The notes beneath the pieces were generated by a model. The model was not told the DNA's origin. It was given only the letters and a program-made list of their open reading frames with translations, and did not search any database. 64,000 bases of DNA, taken from contig CBDCTZ010000013.1 of assembly GCA_965222375.1 (NCBI GenBank), forward strand, positions 544,001 to 608,000, written 5' to 3'. Source of the stretch: Polyangiaceae bacterium. GTDB taxonomy: Bacteria > Myxococcota_A > Polyangia > Polyangiales > Polyangiaceae. Position numbers and translations under genes: made by a program. Of this stretch, positions 46,186 through 56,705 are shown piece by piece; within the stretch, counting starts at the first letter, position 1, and the number at the start of each line of letters is the position of its first letter.

Positions 46186-49100
46186 TTTCGTCGAGAGGAC
46201 TCCCTGTGGCGTCAACCGGGTTGGCGTCCTTGGCTTTGGACTTGGACGCCTGGCTGATGATGTCGGGCTTGATGGAAATGTCGAACTCCTTGCCCGTGGT
46301 GGGGCCGTGGCAGCCGCCACAGAAGTTGTTGAACACCTCCCGACGGAAACTCAACGTGAGCCACTCACCCGGGTAAAATTGGATCTCCTCCCGCTGGTGA
46401 TGGAGGGTCGGCTTGGTGTCGCCCGCGAGCTGCTCCTGCACCGCCAGCACGACCGGGAAACCGGCCGGCGCCTGCAGTTTGACCGAGCCATCTGAAAGCA
46501 GGGGCACGGTGCCAACCTTGACGCGCCTCGCGTAGACCTTGCCGTATTCGTCTTCGACGATGTAGGGGCTCGAGTCGTTCAGGCTTTTCTCGCCATCCGG
46601 GGGCAAGCTAGCCCAGGCCTCGAAGCTCGTCATGTTGTCGTTGACAACCCGGCCCGAGCGCGTGCTCTGGAAGAGCAGGCTCGAGATCATCGGGAAGTCG
46701 ACAATGGTCAGCTGGAAGCGGTCGATCCGCTTCTGGTCGTCATCCTCGGTGTACACGGCGCCGTGGAACACCGGGTCGCCGCCAGGCGTGGTGCGGAACA
46801 CCCCGCGGTCGTAGCGGCCAAACACAGCCACCGCCCAGATTTCGTCGGCCGCGGGATCCGACAGCCCTGCCAATGGCGTGCGCTGCCCGTTCGTCGGGTT
46901 GACGGATACGACATCGAAGTTGCCACTGTAGGTCGACAGATCCACCACATTGGCCGCGTAGCTGACCAAGATGTCGCCGTTGGGTAGTGCCGAAGGGTTG
47001 CGATAGGCGCCTTGGTTGGTGCCGCCAACCCGACCCGTGGCCGCCGGGTCGAGGATAGTCAGGGACTTCTGGTAGAAGGTCGTCTTAGCGTAATCGACTG
47101 CGTCCGCATCCACCGTGTAGTCGTCGGGGTTCTGACTCACGTTGTCCTGACCGATCGAGCGGTTGATCACGACCAGCGTGCCGCCCAGGTGCGCAGCGCC
47201 CTTGTCGCTGGCAATGCCGACGAAGTTCTTGTCGAGGGTCTGGAAAGTCTCCGTGAGCTGCAGGTGGCCGAAATGAGCGCGCTGTCCGTACAGCGGGTGG
47301 TAGTCGCCGCCATCCATGTTGATACGCCGCGACGAGAGCTGATAGAAGCCCGGCATCCGCTTTTCCGACGTCATCAAGAGCTGACCATTGGTCTTGAAGG
47401 CCGGGAAACGCTCCTGATTCGACAGAAATGTCATCTGTCGAATCTTCCCGTTCTCGAGAACGTAGATGTTCGCGTTGAGCTTCGCGGGATCTGCCGAGGA
47501 GCGCTGGGGGCCGGGGAAGAGGTGGCCAGGCATGATGTTACCTCGACTCGAGGCGAACACGAGGCCGCCGTCGGGGGCGAAGGCGGGATCGAAGTTGTGA
47601 ATCAACTCGCCGTTGTCGGGAACAGGATTGCCGGCGTAGTCCAGAGGGGCAGCGTTGACGGTGGGCTCCGGTGCACAGTTCGAGCCGTCGGCGTTCATCA
47701 CGTACACCTGAAACGGCTCACTAGCGGCGCTTCGGGCCGCGAACGCGATCTTCGAGCCGTCCCAGGAAACCGTGGGGCGCCGCACGTCGGCAGTGGCAAC
47801 CGTGAGGTTGCACCCCCCCAGTAGGCTGCGGTCGTTGCCGTTGACGGACATGACACCTGCGGCATCCAACGACGCGTCGACCATACGCAGGTCCGCGTTG
47901 GGCAGATAGGTCTCCCAATCCTGCATCGTCTCGGGCTGGTTGACCGGCGGGCGCTTGACGTAGGCGATGGCCTGGAGCGGCGGCAGATTCTTCATCCGCT
48001 GTGCGCGCTCTTTTTCGATCCAAGCGACCATGACGCAGTAGGGATCCTGGTCATCCAAAGGCCCGGTCTCTGCTGCGACGAGATCACATTGAGTGGGATC
48101 ACCGCCACTGGCCAGCAGCGAGCCGCCGCGATGGCGGATGCCGGGACCGCTCGGCCCTGGGGGCAGGTTCTTGGCGATGAGCCGGCCCACATTGGGGTTC
48201 GGGGACTCCATTGCAACCTGCTTCAGGCTTTCCGAATAGTTCTTGCGCGAAGCGGCGATGCCAAAGTGCCCACCGCTCGTGGGACGGGGCCTGAAATCGT
48301 TGAAAACCGGCGACGAATGACAGCCCAGCAGAATGCAACCCTTCTTGACCATGACGGGCTGAACCCGTTTCGCGAAGAATTCGAAGCCGGGATCCGATGG
48401 GATGTTGGTCGGGCCGCCCTTGGCCGTCGCCCATTCCAGGATGGCTTTGTACTGCGTGTCGTTCGTCGAATTGAAGACGTAGCCGCCCTCGTGATAGACA
48501 CCGCCGGCTGCTGGGTCGAGGGAACGTCGCAGCATTTCGCTGAACTGCGGCTGGGTCGCCACATAGTCGCTGGCAGAAAAGTAGTTCCAGCGCTTCTGCT
48601 CGTCCGTGGTGCCACAGGCGAGGGGGAACGCACCCTCCTTGGATCCGTGGCAATTGCCCGCTGCGCAGTTGTTCACGAGCCAAGGGTTCACGTTCTGAAG
48701 GAAGAGCTGATAGTCGGCGTCGGGGGGATCCTGAGTTGGATCGAAGAGCTTGTCGACGCCAATGGCCGGATCGCAGGGATCTTGCTCGATCTTGATCTCC
48801 GGTGGCCGGGCGTTGTTCTTGGTGTGCCCGCGCTCGAGCCAGCGTGAAACCGTTTGAAAACTCACGGAGCCCGGATCCAACAGGGAACCGCCGGCGTGGG
48901 GAATATCCGTGTTGATGACGTCTTGCGTCCCGTCATAGTGGGTCAGCTGAATGGTCTGCGAAGGGAGCGCTTTGACCAGCAACGCTGCGGCGCCAAAGGG
49001 GCCGTAGTTCTTCAGCAGGTCCTGACGCTTGGCGACCATCTCGAAGCTGGTGGTGTCCAGATTGCCCAAAGCGTTGCCGCGCTCATCTGCCGTTGCGTGA

Positions 49101-49258
49101 CATACGGATCCGGTTGCGCTCACGACGCACGAGCCCACCAGAATGGGCGCGATCTTGCGATCGTAGTAGCTGCCCCCCGCCTCGACGTCGTTGCTCGAGC
49201 AAGCCGTCGTGACCCATACCAGCCCGAGGGCGAACGGTAGTTTCGGCAGTTTACTCAT
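46163..49258 (-). CDS. Large lipoprotein with several heme c-like motifs and an HzsA-like/PD40 propeller
   Basis: TTAC lipobox; CX8CH, two CX4CH and CGGCH; VSWDGSKIAFAAR, DPAFAPDG, RRINMDGGDYHPL; GGAGG RBS. Confidence 0.8.
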   Translation of the reverse strand: MSKLPKLPFALGLVWVTTACSSNDVEAGGSYYDRKIAPILVGSCVVSATGSVCHATADERGNALGNLDTTSFEMVAKRQDLLKNYGPFGAAALLVKALPSQTIQLTHYDGTQDVINTDIPHAGGSLLDPGSVSFQTVSRWLERGHTKNNARPPEIKIEQDPCDPAIGVDKLFDPTQDPPDADYQLFLQNVNPWLVNNCAAGNCHGSKEGAFPLACGTTDEQKRWNYFSASDYVATQPQFSEMLRRSLDPAAGGVYHEGGYVFNSTNDTQYKAILEWATAKGGPTNIPSDPGFEFFAKRVQPVMVKKGCILLGCHSSPVFNDFRPRPTSGGHFGIAASRKNYSESLKQVAMESPNPNVGRLIAKNLPPGPSGPGIRHRGGSLLASGGDPTQCDLVAAETGPLDDQDPYCVMVAWIEKERAQRMKNLPPLQAIAYVKRPPVNQPETMQDWETYLPNADLRMVDASLDAAGVMSVNGNDRSLLGGCNLTVATADVRRPTVSWDGSKIAFAARSAASEPFQVYVMNADGSNCAPEPTVNAAPLDYAGNPVPDNGELIHNFDPAFAPDGGLVFASSRGNIMPGHLFPGPQRSSADPAKLNANIYVLENGKIRQMTFLSNQERFPAFKTNGQLLMTSEKRMPGFYQLSSRRINMDGGDYHPLYGQRAHFGHLQLTETFQTLDKNFVGIASDKGAAHLGGTLVVINRSIGQDNVSQNPDDYTVDADAVDYAKTTFYQKSLTILDPAATGRVGGTNQGAYRNPSALPNGDILVSYAANVVDLSTYSGNFDVVSVNPTNGQRTPLAGLSDPAADEIWAVAVFGRYDRGVFRTTPGGDPVFHGAVYTEDDDQKRIDRFQLTIVDFPMISSLLFQSTRSGRVVNDNMTSFEAWASLPPDGEKSLNDSSPYIVEDEYGKVYARRVKVGTVPLLSDGSVKLQAPAGFPVVLAVQEQLAGDTKPTLHHQREEIQFYPGEWLTLSFRREVFNNFCGGCHGPTTGKEFDISIKPDIISQASKSKAKDANPVDATGSPLDEIMGPPFP

Positions 49259-49305
49259 CGCCTAATCCTCCTTCCGTAGTGTGATGTTACCAGTCACCTT
49301 GGAAC

Positions 49306-49319
49306 ATGACATCGATCAA
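49306..49319 (-). promoter_or_regulatory. Possible FNR/CRP-family box
   Basis: Minus strand TTGAT-CGAT-GTCAT, 8/10 to TTGAT-N4-ATCAA, about 50 nt upstream of the heme-motif gene. Confidence 0.35.
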
Positions 49320-49427
49320 GTCACGCCTTGAAATATCGGCGCTTTTGAGAAAATGCAGCGAATTCGGGCCCCTAGATCGGCTGGCTTGGTCGCGCAAAAG
49401 CGTCGCCTGGGTGCCAACCCCCTTGGG

Positions 49428-50657
49428 TCACCTCCCAACGACAAATACGGCGCTGGTCGTGCCGCTGCCACCGATGTTCAGCATGGCCATGCGCTTGGCG
49501 CCGTCCACCTGGTACTCGCCGGCCTGCCCGGTCACTTGTTTGCTCAAGTCGAGCATCTGTCGGACGCCAGTCGCACCCACGGGATGCCCCGCCCCGATCA
49601 GCCCGCCGCTGGGGTTGACCGGGAGTTTGCCCTTGAAGTCGATCACGCCTTCTTCGATCGCTTTCCAAGACTCGCCGGGTTTGGTCAACCCGAAGTGGTC
49701 GATGGCCATGTACTCGGAAGTCGTGAAGCAGTCGTGGGTCTCGATGCCATCGAGCTTCCAGCAGTCGGAGATGCCCGCGCGCCGGTAGGCGTCCAGGATG
49801 GCTTGACGCGTGTGCGGCAAGACATAGTCGTTGTCTTTGCTCTCGGCGATCTTGTCGTCGAACCCGATGGGCGCCGTATGATGACCCCAACCCTGAATCG
49901 TGGGCAGCTTGGCAAGGTCGATCCCACGACGCTTGGCGTACTTCGCCGCAAAGGCGTCCGACGCCAGGATGAGCGCCACAGCGCCATCCGTCACCTGGGA
50001 ACAATCCGTGAGTTTGATGCGCCCACCAATAGCCGCGTTGTACTTGCTCTCACTGCAGGCGTGTTCCTCACTCATGTACCAGGTGCGAGTCTGCGCCTTC
50101 GGGTTGCGCTTTGCGTTGTCGTAGTTGACAGCGCTGATGTGCGCGAGATGCTCCGCTTTCAGGCCATAGCGCCGTTCGTATTCGTCCCCCAGGCGACCGA
50201 ACAGCTTCGGGAACGGAAATTCGATACCGTCGGCCTCCAACTCATACCAGGCCGCAGTGCCCAGGTAGGCGCCGCCTTGCGCGGGGCTGACGGTCTTCAT
50301 CTGTTCGACACCAACGACCAGCGCGCAGTCGTAACGACCCGCCTCGATCTCGGCGGAAGCCGCGAGCAAGGCGATGGATCCGGACGCGCAGGCCGCTTCA
50401 TGCCGACCCGTAGGCAGACCGGAGAGGGCCGGGTCGACGTCGACGACGAAGGCGCCCAAGTGGCCCTGCATCGAGTACAGCTCCGCCGCGAAATTGCCGA
50501 CGTGGCCCACTTCGATCTCTTTCGGTTCGATTTGGGTCTCGGCCAGCGCACCGAGCACCGCTTCGCGCATCATCGCGGAGATGTGTTTGCCTTCCTTCGT
50601 CCAGTTGCGGGCGAAGTCCGTCTGGTAGCCGCCTAGGATGGTGACTTTCGAGTTCAT
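49428..50657 (-). CDS. Acetyl-CoA acetyltransferase (thiolase, HDCF/SCP2-type motif)
   Basis: [26 protein letters not shown]. Confidence 0.93.
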   Translation of the reverse strand: MNSKVTILGGYQTDFARNWTKEGKHISAMMREAVLGALAETQIEPKEIEVGHVGNFAAELYSMQGHLGAFVVDVDPALSGLPTGRHEAACASGSIALLAASAEIEAGRYDCALVVGVEQMKTVSPAQGGAYLGTAAWYELEADGIEFPFPKLFGRLGDEYERRYGLKAEHLAHISAVNYDNAKRNPKAQTRTWYMSEEHACSESKYNAAIGGRIKLTDCSQVTDGAVALILASDAFAAKYAKRRGIDLAKLPTIQGWGHHTAPIGFDDKIAESKDNDYVLPHTRQAILDAYRRAGISDCWKLDGIETHDCFTTSEYMAIDHFGLTKPGESWKAIEEGVIDFKGKLPVNPSGGLIGAGHPVGATGVRQMLDLSKQVTGQAGEYQVDGAKRMAMLNIGGSGTTSAVFVVGR

Positions 50658-50669
50658 GCTGGCGCCTCC

Positions 50670-51965
50670 TTAGGCGAAGAAGAATCGACCGACGTCGACA
50701 TGGGGTTCGGAGAAAAGTGGCGTGCCCGCGTCCGCCGCCTTGGCGAGCACCGGGGGCACTTGGAGCTTGGCCTGCTCAAGCAGGCTGACGGTGCGCTTGG
50801 TTCCGATGGTATCCGCCAACACACTCGGCGGGGCCCAGTTGAAACCGAAGCCCATGATGCGGTCGACGTCGCGGGCTTCTTCCACCACCTCGCCCACGCG
50901 CGCGAGGCCATAGCTGATGTAGCCCAGGATGACCGCACGCATCAGCTCGGCCTCGGGGCCCTTTGCTTCGGCGAAGATATCCATCGTCTTAGCGTAGCGC
51001 CCGTTGCGGCTCGCGGCTTTCATTTGCTTCACGAACTCGGGCACCTTGGGCGCAAGCTCCGCCGCGGACTTGTAGGCTCCGCTCTTCGGTTCGAGCACCA
51101 AGGAGGTTTTGCCGTCTTTGCGGAAGAACCCGCCCTTGTCCGGGGTCTTGCGCCCGAGGTGGCCAGCTTCGATCAGCTTGGCCATGTAGCCAGGAAGGGC
51201 GAACGCGTCGTGGGCCTCGTCCGAGGTGTTCTTGTGCAGGTTGTCGACGATGGCCTTGTGCACGTCCCAACCCACGAAGTCCACGGTCAACAGCGGCGGC
51301 ATGGCGCGACCCGTGTGGGCCCCGATCAACATGTCCATGAAGGCAATGCCATGCTCCTCGGCCAACTGCGCCACTTGATTCAGCACCTTGAAGCCCACGC
51401 GATTGCCCGCAAAGGCCGGCGTGTCGGCAGTCTTGACCACTTCGCGCCCTAGTTTGGTCGCCAAGAGATCGTGCACGTAGTTCGTGACAGCCGGGTCAGT
51501 CTTCGCGTGGGCGATGAGCTCGCATCCCACGATGACGTTGGGCGGGTTGAAGAAGTGGATTCCGAGGAAGTGCTTTCCAAAGCTCTCACTCAGGCCTTCA
51601 GTCATCTTCGCTATGGACAGCCCCGACGACACCGTTGCGATGATCGAATCGGGTTTGCGGGCCTTGTCGATTCGCTCGAAGAACTCCCGCTTCAAGTCCA
51701 GGTTCTCGGACACGGCTTCAAAGATGAGATCTGCCTCCGCCACTCGCTGTTCTAGATGCTCGGAGTAGGACCCAACCTCGATGAACTTCGAGACCGCCTC
51801 GGCTTTGGCCATGCCTTCGGCGCGCTCTTGCCCCTTTCGCGCCTTGTCGACGGTGCGGGCCAAGAACGTGGTCGGGATCCCGGCAGCCGCGAACACTTCA
51901 CCGCTCCCCGCACCCATTGCACCGTTGGCTCCAAGGACAACGACCTTGTTAATCGAAAACGCCAT
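50670..51965 (-). CDS. 3-hydroxyacyl-CoA dehydrogenase family protein
   Basis: VLGANGAMG, EAVSENLDLK, GIHFFNPP, DTPAFAGNR. Confidence 0.93.
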   Translation of the reverse strand: MAFSINKVVVLGANGAMGAGSGEVFAAAGIPTTFLARTVDKARKGQERAEGMAKAEAVSKFIEVGSYSEHLEQRVAEADLIFEAVSENLDLKREFFERIDKARKPDSIIATVSSGLSIAKMTEGLSESFGKHFLGIHFFNPPNVIVGCELIAHAKTDPAVTNYVHDLLATKLGREVVKTADTPAFAGNRVGFKVLNQVAQLAEEHGIAFMDMLIGAHTGRAMPPLLTVDFVGWDVHKAIVDNLHKNTSDEAHDAFALPGYMAKLIEAGHLGRKTPDKGGFFRKDGKTSLVLEPKSGAYKSAAELAPKVPEFVKQMKAASRNGRYAKTMDIFAEAKGPEAELMRAVILGYISYGLARVGEVVEEARDVDRIMGFGFNWAPPSVLADTIGTKRTVSLLEQAKLQVPPVLAKAADAGTPLFSEPHVDVGRFFFA

Positions 51966-52329
51966 GATACTCGCTAACTACGGAGACGAGACCCGTCAAC
52001 CACCGCATCTGGATTTTGGTTTGGGTCGCATCGCTTCTGCAGAAAGGGCCACTACTCTCGCGTCGGGCCAATCTGTCCGCTTGCAACCGAAATCGTTCCA
52101 GCACGCCTTTTTCGTTGCCTCGTTTTCCGTCTCAGGGATTGCTTGCCAGGTACTGTGCATACAAAGTCTGAACCACAAGCGGACGAGGCGACAACGCGGG
52201 ATCTTCGTCATTCAGCGCCGCATCGGTTGCGCCCCGCCCGGAACCGCACCGCAAAAAAAGCGCGGAAGAGCGTCGTGATTGCTTCGGTTCGTCGGCCAAA
52301 CCGAATGGCCGACACCGGGGACTTCGATG

Positions 52330-52968
52330 CTAGGGCTTGGTGCCCTCCAGATACACGGCCTGCATCGGCATCTCGTCCACGGGTTCGACGCTGCAGCGAT
52401 CCACCCGAAACCCTGCGGTCCGGGCCCAGCCGCGTACTTCATCCTCGGAGTATCGGAGGGCCACGACATCCGAGACGTCACCATAGTCAACTGCGCCGTT
52501 GCCTTCCCACGCCGCAACCACGAGCTGCCCTCCACTTCGGAGCACGCGATACCACTCATGGTGCGCCCTGAGCGCGTCCTCAGGGCTCAAGTGGTGAATC
52601 GCGAAGAAGCTGAGCGCGGCGGCCGCCGAGCCCGACTCGAACTTCGACAAATCACACATGTCGCCAGTCAGTATCTCTGCGCGCTTGCCCAGCTTGTAGC
52701 TGGCCAGAGCTGCCATGCGGGGTGACAGGTCGATGCCGACCAACCCACGCCCGGAATCGTGACTCTGATGATACTTCATCAACATGTGCCCGGGGCCGCA
52801 TGAGGTATCTATGACGCTGCCTGGCAGTTTGCTGATTCGCGAAGCCAATCGACTGAGGACGTCCGTGTAGAGCGGCAGATCGATCTCCGCGTCCATGATC
52901 TTGGAATATGAGTCGGCGGACTTCTCGTATAGATCGCGTACCTTTTCCTGGGGCGATGCTTTGGTCAT
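52330..52968 (-). CDS. Class I SAM-dependent methyltransferase
   Basis: DTSCGPG, GIDLSPRM, GDM, RVLRSGG. Confidence 0.9.
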   Translation of the reverse strand: MTKASPQEKVRDLYEKSADSYSKIMDAEIDLPLYTDVLSRLASRISKLPGSVIDTSCGPGHMLMKYHQSHDSGRGLVGIDLSPRMAALASYKLGKRAEILTGDMCDLSKFESGSAAAALSFFAIHHLSPEDALRAHHEWYRVLRSGGQLVVAAWEGNGAVDYGDVSDVVALRYSEDEVRGWARTAGFRVDRCSVEPVDEMPMQAVYLEGTKP

Positions 52969-53033
52969 CGGCCGATGATGTTAGCGCGAAACACCTCCGC
53001 ATAGAACACCAACGCGGCCCAACCGGCGTCTCG

Positions 53034-53918
53034 TCACGGCTGCCAGCAGCAGCGGAAACCAGTGAATGCAGATCTGAACTCGCGAGCAACCGGTTGTACC
53101 GACGTACACTTCGAATCCGCAGAGGACTTCTGTACCGAACCTCCTCTTACCTGACACTGCGAAATGCTCGCGGACGAGGCGCAAGCGTCGACCCACTCCG
53201 CCACGTTGCCGGACATGTCGTTCACGCCGTGAGGTGTCTTGCAGCTGGTTGCGCCCACAGGAGCCAGCGCGCAACCAGACCCACAGCCCCAAGTCGCATT
53301 GTTATGGTAATTGCATGCAGCTTCGTCCGGGGTGTTGCTGCCGGGGTATGCGAACTGACCGTTCGAGGAACAGGCGGCGTACCAGCCACTCTTTTCCGGG
53401 TCGTCTGGCGCAGTCCAGTCGCTAGGGCAGAGCTTCTTGTTGTTGGCGGCGCAATAGGCCCAGGCATCGCACCAGTCCACACAGGTGACGGGCTGGGTGG
53501 AATCAGGAGCAGCCGCATCCGTACCGCAACCGGGGATGAAGTCACTCCCCGCTTTCTTCGCCTGGCAGGGCGGCTGATTGAACAGACTGGACGGCACTTT
53601 CGCCGCGAAAGCAGCGTAGAGGTTTTCGCTGACCTCAAACTTGTCCACCCAGACGCAGGTTCCAGAAGGCAGGCGCACAGCGACCATCTCCGCCGGTGAA
53701 TTGGTACTTGTGCAGGGCACGCTTGCGTCTCCGGCTTGTCCACCAGCGCCCCCGACCCCTGAGGCTCCACTCGTTGCGCCGGATCCGCCACTGCCCGCGG
53801 TTGCGCCAATTCCACCAGCACCGCCCTGCTCGAAGTCCTCGAAGCCGAGGATGGACTGGCAGCCAAGTGGCAACAGCACCATGGTCGCCGCCGCGAACGC
53901 GTGCGTCCAGCGCTTCAA
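53034..53918 (-). CDS. Formylglycine-generating enzyme (SUMF1)-domain lipoprotein
   Basis: PLGC lipobox; DKFEVS, PVTCVDWCDAWAYC, DMSGNVAEW, RGGS, GFRCC; TTG start overlaps the upstream stop. Confidence 0.88.
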   Translation of the reverse strand: MKRWTHAFAAATMVLLPLGCQSILGFEDFEQGGAGGIGATAGSGGSGATSGASGVGGAGGQAGDASVPCTSTNSPAEMVAVRLPSGTCVWVDKFEVSENLYAAFAAKVPSSLFNQPPCQAKKAGSDFIPGCGTDAAAPDSTQPVTCVDWCDAWAYCAANNKKLCPSDWTAPDDPEKSGWYAACSSNGQFAYPGSNTPDEAACNYHNNATWGCGSGCALAPVGATSCKTPHGVNDMSGNVAEWVDACASSASISQCQVRGGSVQKSSADSKCTSVQPVAREFRSAFTGFRCCWQP

Positions 53919-54940
53919 AACGTGACTCCAGTGATCATGACCCCGGCCCGGGTCCCTGTGGCGTAAGGAGCGACGCTCAGGGGCGCCCTCCGCTTTGCTT
54001 GTCTCTCCGTCCCAGAGTCGTGAGTGAAGTACAGCACGACGCCAGCGGCGATGCCAACGATACCGACGCCGACTCCAACGTTCGCGATATTGGCATGAGT
54101 CTCCGCGGTGTCTCGCTTTTCGATCACCGACTCCGAGCAACCAACGTGAGAGGGACACTCGGAGTCAGCGTCGTTGTAGGTCGAGCGCGCCATGAGCGCG
54201 AACACCGTTCCGACCCCGAGGGCCACGACCCCAACGCCACCCACAACATAGGCGGCAACCGGAGCGGACCTCTCCGGCGCCGGCTCAGGTGTTGAGTCCT
54301 TGGGGGGGACGGGTGGGGGCGGAGCCGCGGGAGCCGCGGGAGCCACGTCTTCGGACTCGGGCTGGAGCTTCGGCACAGACAGTGTTTGCGAATCGCGTTC
54401 CGCACCAATCGTCGTTTTCAGCGTAACGGAGTGGTAGCCAGGTGCTGAAATGGTCACGATGCGCTCACCAGGATCGACTGGGATCTTCGAACCTAGCGCC
54501 GTCGCCTTTAACGCAACCTCATCCAATTTGATCTCAGTGCCTGCGGGTTTGTCGGTCAAGACGATGCGCAGATAGGACAGCTTTGGCTGCAGCGCCGCCG
54601 CTTTGCTCTTGGCTTCTTTCCTCAGCTCCGGGCGGTTCTGGCTCGCCGCCAGACGTGCCGCCGCAAGAAACTCCGCCCAGGCTGAGGCAACCTTGCCCTG
54701 TTTTTCGTAACAGAGGGCCAGGTTCAAGAGGGTGCCGGCGGACGCTTCGACGCGTTGGCTCTCTGCAAACTTGGCGCATGCTGCTTCGAGCTGCCCTTGG
54801 GCAAGCAGCTCTCGGCCCTCACGAAACAAACCTTCGGCGACCACCGTCTCAGTTTGAGCGGAGACGTTGGCGGTGGCGCCCAGCAGCGCGCACATTACAA
54901 GCGCCCTACGCAAACTGCGACTGCGACGACTAGCGGTCAA
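53915..54940 (-). CDS. Secreted TPR + PEGA domain protein
   Basis: AEGLFREGREL..ACAKFAES..GTLLNLALCYEKQGK, PVDPGER.V.ISAPGY, terminal Phe. Start approximate. Confidence 0.88.
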   Translation of the reverse strand: MTASRRSRSLRRALVMCALLGATANVSAQTETVVAEGLFREGRELLAQGQLEAACAKFAESQRVEASAGTLLNLALCYEKQGKVASAWAEFLAAARLAASQNRPELRKEAKSKAAALQPKLSYLRIVLTDKPAGTEIKLDEVALKATALGSKIPVDPGERIVTISAPGYHSVTLKTTIGAERDSQTLSVPKLQPESEDVAPAAPAAPPPPVPPKDSTPEPAPERSAPVAAYVVGGVGVVALGVGTVFALMARSTYNDADSECPSHVGCSESVIEKRDTAETHANIANVGVGVGIVGIAAGVVLYFTHDSGTERQAKRRAPLSVAPYATGTRAGVMITGVTF

Positions 54941-56438
54941 TGTAGGCCTCACTCGGTTTGGTAACGGGTTTGGGGTTGGGTTTGCTCGTGGCGCCAGCAG
55001 CGGGAGCCGCCTGCGCGGGCTTCGTGGCCCGGGGCGCGGACTTGGGGGCTGAGACCGGCATGGGCTTGGGGGTAGCTGCCGTGGGTAGAGCCACCTCCGC
55101 TGCGGGAGCCGAGGGAGTAGCCGGGGGCTTGGTGTTTGCGCTTGGCTCGGCGGTGGATGCGAGGGCCGTGGTGGGTGCCTCCGCGGGCGAAGGACCAGGT
55201 TCCTGGGATGCGGTGGGCGCAGGCCCGCCTCCACGCATCAGCACAGCTGCAGTGCCTGCCACCAAAAAGAGTACGACAACCACACCCAACCCGATCCACA
55301 ACCCAGCGCCACGAGACTTGGGGTTCGACGCGGGGGTAGTACCGGAAATCGCCATGCCCTGGGCCGTCTGCGCATGAGGGAGAGCCTCGACGGACTGCAG
55401 CGTTGGCCCCTCGCCGGAACGAGCGACCACGACTCCAGAACCGGGCGGAGTGGGACCCGGTTGCGGTGTCGACCAGGGGCCTGGTCCGGTCCCAAGGGCG
55501 CTCGGGCTTGGATTGGACGCGGTGATGGTAACGCCCAGGGCATCGCTCAACGCGCTGACGGCTGCGCCCGCACTCGCAAACCGCTGCGAGCGGTCACGAT
55601 TCACGCAGCGTGAAAACCAAACGTCAAAATCCGGAGTCCAGGGCGGCAGTCGCTCAAGCTCCGACAAGCGTTGCGTTGGTGTGTCTAGCGGCAGCTGCAT
55701 TACTTCTCCGAAGAGCTGCATCAGCGCGCCGTCTTCGTCGCGCGCGGTACGCCAGTACGACTCGCCAGTCAGTAGGTAGAATGCGACTAGTCCGAGTGCC
55801 CAGACGTCGGTCTGTGGCGTAATAGCGCCGCCTGCTGCCTGCTCGAAAGCCATGAACAGCGGCGTACCTTTCACCTCCTGGGACATATTCGATGTCCCAC
55901 TCAACACTTTGGCGATGCCAAAATCCAAAACCTTGATCAACGGGTCGCCGTTTTCACGGTGCGTTAGAAACAAGTTCTCTGGCTTCAGATCGCGATGCAC
56001 GATCGGCATCAGCGTTCCGCTTCGGTCCGTGTATCGATGTGCCTTATCAAGCGCAGACGCGACGTGCTTCAAGTACCTCACCACCAATTCCGGTGGAATA
56101 GGACCACTACGCTCGAGCACGCGTTGCAGATCTTCTCCGTTCAGAAGCTCCATCGCCAAGAACGGCATGCGTGTGGCATCGTCGAGCCCAGCATCGATGA
56201 TTCGAACGATGTGCTCGCTATTGACGCGACCGGCGATGCGCGCTTCCTGACGAAACTTTTCCACTGCATCGTTGGACTGCAGCACATGAGGCCACAAGAC
56301 CTTGATCGCTACACGAGCTTCCGTGGCCAGTTGCTCGGCTACGTATACGGCTCCAAAGCCGCCCTGCGCGAGGTACTTCTCAATCCGGTAGCGCTCCGCG
56401 AAAGTCGAGCCGGGCTCCAGGAGTCGCTGCTCCATCAC
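54930..56438 (-). CDS. Membrane Ser/Thr protein kinase, catalytically intact
   Basis: GGFGAVY, VAIK, HRDLKPEN, DFG; one TM helix and a Pro-rich tail. Confidence 0.95.
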   Translation of the reverse strand: MMEQRLLEPGSTFAERYRIEKYLAQGGFGAVYVAEQLATEARVAIKVLWPHVLQSNDAVEKFRQEARIAGRVNSEHIVRIIDAGLDDATRMPFLAMELLNGEDLQRVLERSGPIPPELVVRYLKHVASALDKAHRYTDRSGTLMPIVHRDLKPENLFLTHRENGDPLIKVLDFGIAKVLSGTSNMSQEVKGTPLFMAFEQAAGGAITPQTDVWALGLVAFYLLTGESYWRTARDEDGALMQLFGEVMQLPLDTPTQRLSELERLPPWTPDFDVWFSRCVNRDRSQRFASAGAAVSALSDALGVTITASNPSPSALGTGPGPWSTPQPGPTPPGSGVVVARSGEGPTLQSVEALPHAQTAQGMAISGTTPASNPKSRGAGLWIGLGVVVVLFLVAGTAAVLMRGGGPAPTASQEPGPSPAEAPTTALASTAEPSANTKPPATPSAPAAEVALPTAATPKPMPVSAPKSAPRATKPAQAAPAAGATSKPNPKPVTKPSEAYIDR

Positions 56439-56705
56439 ACCCCCGAGCCAGTACCCGAATCACGGCGGCGCAGCACCAGAGGCGCTCCGCCTGTCATCTC
56501 GAGCCTGTGCATCCCCATGTTGCCTTGGTTGGCCTTGTGCGTCCCGTGTTCGATCCCGAAGCCGAACCCGCAAAACCCTAACAGAAGGTACGCGCCTGAG
56601 GAAGGCCAGTGCCCACGACAGGCGCAGCCGTAGCTTCCTGAGGTGCGCCTCGAAAAAGCCCGTGCTGTGAGGGTCAGGTCGTGGCAACCTCTTCATCGAC
56701 ACGAG

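Noticed and set aside
46163..49258. Anammox hydrazine synthase
   Set aside because: No hzsB/hzsC neighbours, and HzsA-like propeller domains occur outside anammox bacteria.
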